DNA of 64,000 nucleotides. Origin: a virus. Lineage: Duplodnaviria; Caudoviricetes. The position numbers were made by a program, and so were the translations under genes. The notes beneath the pieces were generated by a model, which saw nothing but the letters and a program-made list of their open reading frames with translations, made no database searches and was not told where the DNA came from. Of this stretch, positions 32,068-40,539 are shown piece by piece. The stretch is from IMG/VR virus record IMGVR_UViG_3300025021_000154, positions 25,087 to 89,086 of that record, one strand, 5' to 3'. How positions within the stretch are numbered: the stretch's first letter is position 1; every line of letters starts with the position of its first letter.

Positions 32068-35000
32068 ATGAGCATCTCACGCGAGACATTCGACCTGACC
32101 AAGAACTACAAGCGCATCCGCTACCACCAGGACCGCGACCTGCTGGATTCCGAACTCAACGAGCAACAGGATCTCATCAACCAGGAGCGGCGCAAGATCG
32201 CCGACATCCTGTTCAACGAAGGCTCGATCCTGGCCGGGCTGGAAGTGAGCGCGGTCGCCAATGTCCTGACCCTGGCTCCCGGCGTGGTCTACATCGACGG
32301 TCATATCGAACAGGTGAATGGCGCAACGCTGACCTATGACCCGGCCACCACCGGTGGAGCGGAATACGTTTATGTCGAACTGCTGAAATACAGTTACGGT
32401 TACACCCAGGACCCCAGCCTGATCAACCCGGCCACCGGCGAGCCCACCGCCGAACGGGAAAAATGGGTTCTCTCTCTCAAGGCGACGGATACCAGCGGCC
32501 AGACGCTGCCTAATAACGTCACCGAGCGCCGAGTCATCCCCATCTACAAATTCGACCGCGAGAACGGCGATGTCACCCCGACGGTGCAAGAGAAGTCCAA
32601 TCTCTACCTGCGGGATCTGCTGGGCACACTTCCCGGCAGCCGGATCACGGTTTCTTCAATTACGGAAGACCAGCTCTCCTTCGCCGCCGCCGAGGGGCTC
32701 AATTCGCTGATCCAGAACCTGGCCGAGCGAACCTTCGACCAGGCCGGAAGCTACCTGGTGAAAGGTTTCGACACGTTCATCGGCGGCACCGACGACGATA
32801 GCATCGAGGCAATCACCAACGCCGGACGCGCCTACATCCAGGGCTTCCGGCATCAACGCGATCTGCCCACCTCGACCCAGGTGCCCAAATCGGTTGCCAC
32901 CAAATCGGTGCGCGGCGAGCAGAAGACCTTCGACATCAACAAGCGCCGTTACCCGGTCAACTCCACGCCGCTCAAGGAGACGACCCAGGTGGAAGCTATC
33001 GTCGAGATTACCCGCAACGTCACTCGCGGTTCGGTCGGCGGCGGTGAAGATCTGCTCGATCCCAATCCGGTGGTCGACATTCTCGAGGTCAGCCAAGGGG
33101 CGTCCATCTTCCAGGAGGGGGTGGACTGGCAGCAGTCCGGCAACCATGTGGATTGGCTCGGCTCGGGCAACGAACCGGCCATCGGCACCACCTACACGGT
33201 GCGTTGGACCTACACCAAGCAGATGCTCAAAGGCACCGATTACGCGGACAGCGGCTGGTTCGGTCAACCCAATCATCCGGCTGCCGGAAACTACTTCTAT
33301 CTGGTGACCGCCTACAACGCCACCGGCGAAACAGCTTTCAACGCCGCTGCGGTCATCGCCCGGGCCACCGTTGCCGGGGAACTCAACAAGCTCTCCTGGC
33401 TGCCGGTCAGCGGCGCGACCGGCTATCGTGTCTACCGGGCCGCCACCAACGGAGCACGCACCGACTACAAGCGCCTGATGGAGCTGGGCAGCGAGGCGAT
33501 CTCCTACGTCGACGACGGCGTCGAGGAAACCACTACCGCTTCGCCTCCGGCCACCAACACGGCCGGGCTCACCATGTCGCCGGTCCAGCTCGAGCTGGGC
33601 AACCTCAACGTGATCAACTTCGGGCGCGGCAGCCTCGGCGACCAGCCGGTGAACGGCTCCAACTGCAGCCTGGATTACGACTATTACCTTGGCCGCCGCG
33701 ACATCGTTTACGCCACCACCACCGAGATCAAGCGCCTCGAAGGGGCTCCGGCGGATTTTCCGAAGCTGCCCATCGTGCCGGAAAACGCCCTGGGGCTGTG
33801 CAGTATCGATTGCCCGCCCAACTCCACCGACATGGAGATCCGCAACTTCGGCCTGACCCGCATCACCATGGACCAGATCCACGACATCATTCAGGACGTC
33901 GAGGACCTGAAGTACAACGATGCCCAGTACCAGATGAACAACGAGCTACAGAACCGGGACGCCCAGACCAAGAAAGGCATCTACTCGGACGACTTTTCGA
34001 ACACCGCTCAGTCGGACATCTACCACGCCGAATGGGACGCCCGGGTCAACGAGATCGCCCGGTTCGTCGCGCCGGACCGTATTCCGCACTCCACGGTGCT
34101 CTCGGTCGATCAGGCGGGCAGCAACGCGAGCTTCTTCGGCAGCCTGGCACTGTTGCCGGGCAACGAGACCGTGCTGGTGGAGCAGAACGATTGGTCCGAG
34201 GAGCGCAACATCAACCCTTACGCCGTGTTCGACAAGCCTCCGGCCATGCTGCAGAGTACGCCCAACCTCGGGCGGCGCGGGCAGACCGGCATTGCCGTCA
34301 CCGGCATCAACTTCACCCCAAGCAAATCCGGCATCGTGCTGCGCTGTGACGGCCAGGTAATGGCCAGCAACCTGATCAGCGACGAAGCCGGTCGGGTCAG
34401 CGCCTCCTTCACCATTCCGACCAACGCCCGCAACGGCAACCGGATCGTGGAGATGAACGACGGCGTTTACTCGGCTCGGACCAGCCTGCAGATCAACGAT
34501 CCGCTGGTTATCACCCGCATCGAGCGCATCATCGAGAACCGCATTATCCGCGTGCCGGTGGTGCAGGTGGTCTGGCGCACCCAGACCATCTTCGTGCCTC
34601 GCGATCCACTGGCCCAGACCTTCAGCTTCACCCAGAACCAGGTGGTCACCAGCGTCGGGCTCAATTTCACCGCCAAAGACCCATCCATTCCGGTCACTGT
34701 TCAGATCCGGGGCGTCACCACCGGTCTGCCCAACGGTGTGGTCTTTGCTGAAAAGGTGCTGGCTCCCAGTGAGATCAGCCTGAGCGGCGAGACCCGGATT
34801 CGCTTCAACGACCCGTTTTATGCCGAAGCCAACAGCAGCTATGCGGTGGTGCTGCTGACCAACAGCACAAACTACAAGGTGCGCACCGCCACCCTTGGCA
34901 AGATGGGCCGCTGGGGCATCATCACCCGGCAGGCCTACATGGAGGGCGTGCTGCTGGAGAGCTCCAACGCCGAGACCTGGACGCCGCTCAACGGCTCCGA

Positions 35001-35616
35001 TTTGGCGATCAAGATCTACGGTTACAACTTCCAGTCCGAGGGGATGATCCGCTTCCAGCCGATTACCAGCGTGCAGTTCTCCGACATCAACCTCGACGAA
35101 TACTCCGCCATCCCCCAGAGCACCGCCCTCGATTGGGAATACTCCACCGACGGCGGCGTGACCTGGGATGCCCTGGTTCCCGCCGAGGAGGAACGGCTGC
35201 CCAATCTGGCCACTCGGGTTCAGGTGCGTGTGCGTCTGAACAGCTCGCTTTCCAACGACACCCCGGCCATCAACTTCCGCGACGTCAACCTGGTGGGCTA
35301 CCTGAACAAGTCCACCGGGGCCTACCTGACCCGTGAAAACGAACTGACCCAGGGGGTGGACTCAACCAAGGCCTATGTGCAGATGGGCATCCCCAGCGGC
35401 ACCACCCTGCAATGGTTCGCCAGCAACGACGGCGGCCTGACCTGGGAGGCGATGACCATTCAGGACACCCGGCCCATCGACGAGAACTGGACCGAGTACA
35501 CACTGGTGCGCACCTTCACCGACAACACCGGCAACAAGGTCCGCTACAAGGCCGAGATGACTGGAACGCCGCTGAGCTACCCGCGCATCCATTCGCTGGG
35601 CGCGACCCTGAGCTAA
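32068..35616 (+). CDS. Large tail fibre/baseplate protein (DUF4815-like) with FN3-like domain, 1182 aa
   Basis: ELNEQQD, GRAYIQGF, GIYSDDFS, DPLAQTF motifs; YLVTAYNATGET..LSW.PVSGATGYRVYR FN3-like segment. Confidence 0.8.
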   Translation: MSISRETFDLTKNYKRIRYHQDRDLLDSELNEQQDLINQERRKIADILFNEGSILAGLEVSAVANVLTLAPGVVYIDGHIEQVNGATLTYDPATTGGAEYVYVELLKYSYGYTQDPSLINPATGEPTAEREKWVLSLKATDTSGQTLPNNVTERRVIPIYKFDRENGDVTPTVQEKSNLYLRDLLGTLPGSRITVSSITEDQLSFAAAEGLNSLIQNLAERTFDQAGSYLVKGFDTFIGGTDDDSIEAITNAGRAYIQGFRHQRDLPTSTQVPKSVATKSVRGEQKTFDINKRRYPVNSTPLKETTQVEAIVEITRNVTRGSVGGGEDLLDPNPVVDILEVSQGASIFQEGVDWQQSGNHVDWLGSGNEPAIGTTYTVRWTYTKQMLKGTDYADSGWFGQPNHPAAGNYFYLVTAYNATGETAFNAAAVIARATVAGELNKLSWLPVSGATGYRVYRAATNGARTDYKRLMELGSEAISYVDDGVEETTTASPPATNTAGLTMSPVQLELGNLNVINFGRGSLGDQPVNGSNCSLDYDYYLGRRDIVYATTTEIKRLEGAPADFPKLPIVPENALGLCSIDCPPNSTDMEIRNFGLTRITMDQIHDIIQDVEDLKYNDAQYQMNNELQNRDAQTKKGIYSDDFSNTAQSDIYHAEWDARVNEIARFVAPDRIPHSTVLSVDQAGSNASFFGSLALLPGNETVLVEQNDWSEERNINPYAVFDKPPAMLQSTPNLGRRGQTGIAVTGINFTPSKSGIVLRCDGQVMASNLISDEAGRVSASFTIPTNARNGNRIVEMNDGVYSARTSLQINDPLVITRIERIIENRIIRVPVVQVVWRTQTIFVPRDPLAQTFSFTQNQVVTSVGLNFTAKDPSIPVTVQIRGVTTGLPNGVVFAEKVLAPSEISLSGETRIRFNDPFYAEANSSYAVVLLTNSTNYKVRTATLGKMGRWGIITRQAYMEGVLLESSNAETWTPLNGSDLAIKIYGYNFQSEGMIRFQPITSVQFSDINLDEYSAIPQSTALDWEYSTDGGVTWDALVPAEEERLPNLATRVQVRVRLNSSLSNDTPAINFRDVNLVGYLNKSTGAYLTRENELTQGVDSTKAYVQMGIPSGTTLQWFASNDGGLTWEAMTIQDTRPIDENWTEYTLVRTFTDNTGNKVRYKAEMTGTPLSYPRIHSLGATLS

Positions 35617-35628
35617 GGAGGCATGCCC

Positions 35629-35886
35629 ATGATCGTTCGACGCACTGGCGGCATGACCGAATTTATCCCTTCGCCGCAGGAGAAGCGCGATGGCCTGATC
35701 CGCGACCATGCCCTGGGCCTGCTCGAAAATCTGCACCAGCGCCTGGTACGACTGGAGCGGGCCTCGGGTCTGCCGCCCGACGAGGCTAAGGCCTTTACTG
35801 CGTTGCTAAGGCGCATGAGGGCTGACGAGTCGCGTAATCTGGAACTGCATACCAGCTTGATTACCGGAGAAACCGCCCTCGGCTGA
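35629..35886 (+). CDS. Hypothetical protein, 85 aa (last virion-module gene)
   Basis: AAGGAGG RBS 7 nt before ATG 35629. Confidence 0.6.
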   Translation: MIVRRTGGMTEFIPSPQEKRDGLIRDHALGLLENLHQRLVRLERASGLPPDEAKAFTALLRRMRADESRNLELHTSLITGETALG

Positions 35887-35913
35887 ACCGGTTCAACCGT
35901 TTACCACCCCAAC

Positions 35914-35949
35914 AAAACCCCGGATACGGCAAGCCCTGTCCGGGGTTTT
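35914..35949. terminator. Intrinsic (possibly bidirectional) terminator ending the virion operon
   Basis: AAAACCCCGGA (35914-35924) / TCCGGGGTTTT (35939-35949) perfect inverted repeat. Confidence 0.8.
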
Positions 35950-36136
35950 CCCGTCCTTGCGTCATGAGGACCGGCTCGAATTGCAAGTCATTGAAAATAA
36001 ACGTGTTAAATGTCGGCTTCGGCTGTTCTTCTACTTGATTTGTGTCCGGAAAGAAGCATTCATTCATGGTGTAAGCAGAGGCTAAAAAGCCCTGCCAGGC
36101 AACGACTTAGAAGCGCCATGAACGACGGAGGCACGC

Positions 36137-37099
36137 ATGAACCTGAATGAGATCCAGTACGGCATCGAGATCGAGACCGTAAAACGCACCCGGGAACAGA
36201 TCGCCTGGGCCATCCACTCGGTGGTGGGCGGCACGGTCCGCCATGTCGGCATCCCGAGCAACTACGACCCCTGGGAGGTCGAGGACCTGCGCGGCCGCGT
36301 CTGGAAGGTGGTGGGGGACGCCTCCCTGACCAGCGTCCCGGCCCATCTGCGAGCAGAGATGGTCAGCCCGGTGCTCGGCTACGACGACATCCCGCAACTG
36401 CAGGAGGTGGTCCGGGCCATCCGCCGCGCCGGGGGCAAGATCAACAGCCAGTGCGGCATCCACATCCATATCGACGCCGCGCCCTTCGACGGCAGGCACC
36501 TGGGTAACCTGGCCAAGATCATTTACAAGCAGGAACCGCTGATCCTCCATGCCCTCGGCATCAGCCGCGACCGCCTCAATCGCTACACCCGGCCGGTCAG
36601 CGACGAGCTGATCCAGCGTATCGAACAGCATCGCCCCCGCACCAAGGATCAGCTCAACCGCATCTGGTACGGCTACCACAACCGCCAGCCCCAGCGCTAC
36701 GACAACAGCCGCTACCACGGGGTCAACCTGCACAACGTCTGGTATCGGGGCACGGTGGAGTTTCGCTGGTTCGAGGCGACCCTCCACGCAGGGCGGATCA
36801 AGGCCTACCTGCAGTTCTGCCTCGCGGTCGCCGCCAAGGCCCTCAACGGCCGGGCCGCCTCCAGCCGCAAGCGGGATTTTGATCCCCAGAGTGCCAAGTA
36901 TGACTTCAGGGTCTTCCTGCTCCACCTCGGCCTGATCGGCGACGAGTTCAAGACCGCCCGCAAGCATCTGATGGCCAACATGCCCGGCGATGCCGCCTTC
37001 AAGAACGGGCGGCCCAAACCGGAGGACGGCCTCCCGATTGAGACCGAAACCACCACTCTCACCAACGAGGCCGGGCATGTTCCCGGCCTCACTGTTTAA
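36137..37099 (+). CDS. Putative amidoligase (COOH-NH2 ligase type 2 / Amidoligase_2)
   Basis: [39 protein letters not shown]. Confidence 0.9.
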   Translation: MNLNEIQYGIEIETVKRTREQIAWAIHSVVGGTVRHVGIPSNYDPWEVEDLRGRVWKVVGDASLTSVPAHLRAEMVSPVLGYDDIPQLQEVVRAIRRAGGKINSQCGIHIHIDAAPFDGRHLGNLAKIIYKQEPLILHALGISRDRLNRYTRPVSDELIQRIEQHRPRTKDQLNRIWYGYHNRQPQRYDNSRYHGVNLHNVWYRGTVEFRWFEATLHAGRIKAYLQFCLAVAAKALNGRAASSRKRDFDPQSAKYDFRVFLLHLGLIGDEFKTARKHLMANMPGDAAFKNGRPKPEDGLPIETETTTLTNEAGHVPGLTV

Positions 37100-37110
37100 G
37101 GAGGTGCCCC

Positions 37111-37632
37111 ATGAAGATTCTGATCCGCTCCACCACGCTGGATGGTGAACCGATCCCCGGCAGCGGGGAAACCCTGCAGGCCGCAGACTGCCTCGAAGTT
37201 GTCGAGCTGATGCGCGGCCAGACGCCGTTTACCGCCAGCCGAGCGCCCCGGGACTACATGACCGAGGTGCTCTCCGGCATAGAAGGCGGGCCGACCCAGC
37301 CGTTGCCAAAGGACGCCGCCGCTGCGGCCGCCGAGTTTCTCACCCGTCTGGCCCGGCACGGCCTGATCGAGTTTCTGCCCGACGACAAGGCCAGCGATCC
37401 CTGGCCGGACCGCTTCCTCGAAGCCCTGGAGACGGTACGGCTCTCCGGGCGCACCAACATGCTCGACCACCCGGAGGTGACCCGGCTGACCGCCGAGATG
37501 GGTTACCCGGAGGTGGCCGAGTGGCTGGCGGACCACCGGCGTGAATACGCGGCCTTTGTTCTCGAGGGGACGAGGCCGCTCGGCAAGAACTTCGACGGCA
37601 AGGAGGACCCGGTTCCATGTGCGGACAAGTAG
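37111..37632 (+). CDS. Hypothetical protein with C-terminal DUF5049-like domain
   Basis: VRLSGRTNMLD..V..L..EMGY.E...W...HRREYAAFVLEG. Confidence 0.65.
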   Translation: MKILIRSTTLDGEPIPGSGETLQAADCLEVVELMRGQTPFTASRAPRDYMTEVLSGIEGGPTQPLPKDAAAAAAEFLTRLARHGLIEFLPDDKASDPWPDRFLEALETVRLSGRTNMLDHPEVTRLTAEMGYPEVAEWLADHRREYAAFVLEGTRPLGKNFDGKEDPVPCADK

Positions 37633-38414
37633 GCGTCATCTTCGGCCGCAAGCGCAGACGGCCCGACGAGCGGGATTACCTGCGCGAGGTCTTTATCCGC
37701 ATGCTGCTGCACAGCGAGGAGCGCGGCCCGCATGCCTCCGGTCTGGCCTGGCTCAAGACCGACGGCAGCCACCGGATTTTCAAGCGGCCGATGCGGGCGC
37801 ACGAGCTGGTGTACGAAAAACCGTTCCAGGAGCTGCTCGGGCAGGTCGACAACGAGACCACCATCCTCATGGGCCACACCCGCTGGCGCACCCGGGGCAA
37901 CGAGTTCAATAACCGCAACAACCATCCCATCCGGGCCGGGATCGTCATCGGCACCCACAACGGCACCATCTACAACGCCGATTATCTATTCCGCCGCCTT
38001 AGGCTGCCGCGCTACGCCGAAGTGGACAGCGAGCTGATCTTCCGCCTGGCCGACCGCTTCGCGCCCGAAGGCCCCATCGACCAGAAGGACCTCAAGAAGG
38101 CGCTCGCCCTCTGTCGCGGCCAGATGAGCGCCGTGCTGGCATCAAAGCTCGACCCCGGCACCATCACCGTGCTCAAGGGCAACAAGCCGCTCTGCTTGCG
38201 CATCCACCGCCAGCACCGGGTGGTGCTCTACGCCTCGGAGGCCGCCTTCATCGACTTTGCCGTGGACAACGAGAAGGGCTGGCGCGAACTGGAGGTGCCG
38301 CCCATGACCATGCTTACCATCCGCCATGAGGATGTGCGGGCCATCAGCAACAGCGAATTCCGCTTTATACCCCAGGAGCGCAAAGGGACACTGCCCGAAG
38401 GAGTGAATGCATGA
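37617..38414 (+). CDS. Class II glutamine amidotransferase (Ntn)
   Basis: MCGQVG N-terminal Cys, RGPHASG, GHTRWRT, HNGTIYN, VDSE. Confidence 0.92.
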   Translation: MCGQVGVIFGRKRRRPDERDYLREVFIRMLLHSEERGPHASGLAWLKTDGSHRIFKRPMRAHELVYEKPFQELLGQVDNETTILMGHTRWRTRGNEFNNRNNHPIRAGIVIGTHNGTIYNADYLFRRLRLPRYAEVDSELIFRLADRFAPEGPIDQKDLKKALALCRGQMSAVLASKLDPGTITVLKGNKPLCLRIHRQHRVVLYASEAAFIDFAVDNEKGWRELEVPPMTMLTIRHEDVRAISNSEFRFIPQERKGTLPEGVNA

Positions 38415-38938
38415 ACATTGGAGACACCGTAAAGCTGAACACAAACCCGGAGGACAGTCCCGAGACCAACCTCCGGCTCTTCGTCTACGGCACCCTGAAG
38501 CGGGGCTACTGGAACCATCAACGTTTCTGCGCCCAGGTCCGCAGTATCGAACCGGCCGTGGTCTGGGGCAGGCTCTACGACCTCCATGCCGGGTTCCCGG
38601 CGCTTGAGGTGCCGGAAGGTCTGATCTTGGCCCGGGGCACCGCCGATCCGCTGGCCGACGCCCGCAGGCAACAAGAGATCGGCACACCACGCTTCGGCCG
38701 ACCCACCGGCGATTGGGATCTGATCCATGGGGAACTGGTGACCTTCACCGACCCGCAGCGCGACCTGCCGCCCATCGACCGGCTGGAAGGATTCCGGCCC
38801 GACGGGCAAAGCATGTACCAGCGGGTGATGGTGGCGGTGCTGAGCGGGCGCACCTCGATTACGGCTTGGACCTACCGGATGCCGCGCATCGACACAGGGA
38901 GCAGGCTCGGATCAGGCGTCTGGCATCGACCTTGTTAG
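38411..38938 (+). CDS. Gamma-glutamylcyclotransferase (AIG2-like)
   Basis: LFVYGTLKRG..NH, LDRLEG-like IDRLEGF, YQRV. Confidence 0.92.
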   Translation: MNIGDTVKLNTNPEDSPETNLRLFVYGTLKRGYWNHQRFCAQVRSIEPAVVWGRLYDLHAGFPALEVPEGLILARGTADPLADARRQQEIGTPRFGRPTGDWDLIHGELVTFTDPQRDLPPIDRLEGFRPDGQSMYQRVMVAVLSGRTSITAWTYRMPRIDTGSRLGSGVWHRPC

Positions 38939-38969
38939 CAAATAATCGGCTTTAATCGGTAAAGATCGT

Positions 38970-38997
38970 TTGACAACCGGCGGCCAATTCGTATATT
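38970..38997 (+). promoter_or_regulatory. Sigma70-type promoter for the defence operon
   Basis: TTGACA (38970-38975) - 16 nt - TATATT (38992-38997), ~100 nt upstream of the HTH gene. Confidence 0.65.
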
Positions 38998-39095
38998 TTC
39001 AAGTCATTTGAATGGGAGAACTCCGCTTGTTTTCCCTTACTTCGCCTCTGGCGAGCGCATGGCTTAACCCCAATCGCCCACGAGGAGCTTGAGAA

Positions 39096-39299
39096 ATGGC
39101 CGAGATGGAAGACCGCTGGTTATCGATAAGTGAGATCTGCAAGTACCTTGGGGTCAGTAATGACACCGTGTACAAGTGGATTGATAAACATGAAATGCCC
39201 GCGCATCGCATGGGCCGCCTCTGGAAGTTCAAGAAGGATGAAGTGGACGAATGGGTAAAGGCCGGTGGCGCTGCCGAGCATTACAAAAAGGAATCCTGA
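39096..39299 (+). CDS. Excisionase-family (HTH_17/MerR-like) DNA-binding protein
   Basis: RWLSISEICKYLGVS.DTVYKWI...MPAHRMGRLWKF. Confidence 0.9.
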   Translation: MAEMEDRWLSISEICKYLGVSNDTVYKWIDKHEMPAHRMGRLWKFKKDEVDEWVKAGGAAEHYKKES

Positions 39300-39305
39300 C
39301 CAAGA

Positions 39306-39917
39306 ATGAGTAACGACAGATACAGCATGTCATTTACAACGGGCAGTCTCTTTCACCGCGAATCGGTGAAGCTGGCCGCGCTGTATCTTGATCTTGGCGA
39401 CTGGAACTCTGTTCGAGACAAGGTCATCGCAGAAAACTTACTACAGACAAGAACACTGAATACGCTCAAACGAGTCTGCCGCGAGATCATCTCTCGGCTT
39501 AGAACGATGAGCCCAGGTGAACTTGAATTCCTTGTTGAGGGCAGCCACCAAGAGCAGGCCTATCTCCTGTGGCTCGCCGTTTGCCGTCGGTACAGATTCA
39601 TCGCTGATTTTGCCGTCGAAGTGCTTCGCGAGCGCTATATCACGCTGAAAGCTGATCTGACCCACGAGGATTTTGATTCCTTCTTCAACCGAAAGTCCGA
39701 ATGGCATTTGGAACTGGATGAGATCACCCCGGCGACGCGAAGCAAATTGCGGCAGGTCTTATTCAAGATACTTCGAGAGGCGGATCTCTTAGCGGCCAAC
39801 AACATGATAAACGCTGCCATGCTCAGCCCGAGATTGTTGGATGTGATCCATCGTGGCAGCCGCAGGGATGTTTCGTACTTCCCTGTATTTGAATCCGATC
39901 TGAAGGGGATGGCGTAG
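39306..39917 (+). CDS. brxA: BREX protein BrxA (DUF1819)
   Basis: YSMSFTTGSL, ENLLQ.RT, KLRQVLFKILREA; first gene of the BREX-1 order. Confidence 0.92.
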   Translation: MSNDRYSMSFTTGSLFHRESVKLAALYLDLGDWNSVRDKVIAENLLQTRTLNTLKRVCREIISRLRTMSPGELEFLVEGSHQEQAYLLWLAVCRRYRFIADFAVEVLRERYITLKADLTHEDFDSFFNRKSEWHLELDEITPATRSKLRQVLFKILREADLLAANNMINAAMLSPRLLDVIHRGSRRDVSYFPVFESDLKGMA

Positions 39918-40528
39918 TGACAGCAGATATAGCCAGAATGCCAATGCAAGACAGATTTCAGCATCTTTTTGCTGTGATCTCGGGCCAGCGTTTTCTCAAC
40001 AAGCAAGGTCTCGGTAACGAGGTTCCGTTCTTTATCTGTCCCTTCAAACCTGAAGAGTCCGTTGAAATGGAGAGGCTCCAGCGTCAGCTGGTCAATCGCC
40101 TTGAGCAGGCCGGTGTCCGGATACTGGAGATCAACCTGTACGACCTTTCGATGGAAATCCTCAAAGAGCGTGATGTCTGGAACCAAATTCTCGAGATGGA
40201 GGAGTCTGTCTCCAAAGAGCAGCTCAAAGAACTGCTGCAAGGAGTGCTGGACCCCGAAGCGCATCTTGTTCCGGCCATTGCGGCCAAGCTGGCAAGCACG
40301 GATTTCGAGGTTCTTTTTCTGTCCGGCGTTGGCGAGGTTTTCCCCTACATCCGCTCGCACAACGTTTTGAATAATTTGCAGAGCACGGCGAAAGAAAAGC
40401 CGACCGTCATGTTTTTCCCAGGAGCCTACACCCACTCCCTGGAGTCAGGAGCATCTCTCGATCTCTTCGGAAGGCTGCATGACGACAAGTACTACCGGGC
40501 ATTCAACATCTTTCACTGCGAAGCATAA
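39917..40528 (+). CDS. brxB: BREX protein BrxB (DUF1788)
   Basis: GLGNEVPFFI, GVGEVFPYIRSHNVLNNLQ, PTVMFFPG.Y, YYRAFNI. Confidence 0.93.
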   Translation: MTADIARMPMQDRFQHLFAVISGQRFLNKQGLGNEVPFFICPFKPEESVEMERLQRQLVNRLEQAGVRILEINLYDLSMEILKERDVWNQILEMEESVSKEQLKELLQGVLDPEAHLVPAIAAKLASTDFEVLFLSGVGEVFPYIRSHNVLNNLQSTAKEKPTVMFFPGAYTHSLESGASLDLFGRLHDDKYYRAFNIFHCEA

Positions 40529-40539
40529 ACGAGGGAAGC

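Noticed and set aside
1-35886. Reading the contractile module as a tailocin/eCIS or T6SS
   Set aside because: Portal, MuF, protease/scaffold, capsid, neck genes and a 1211-aa tape measure are present, which indicates a DNA-packaging phage.
30442-35886. Diversity-generating retroelement or invertible fibre cassette
   Set aside because: No reverse transcriptase, invertase, or TR/VR repeat pair noticed in the window.
35984-35996. IHF-like site / possible internal att at the end of the tail module (CAAGTCATTGAAA; similar 9-mer at ~39000)
   Set aside because: Imperfect match, no adjacent tRNA-like core or recombinase; too weak to call.
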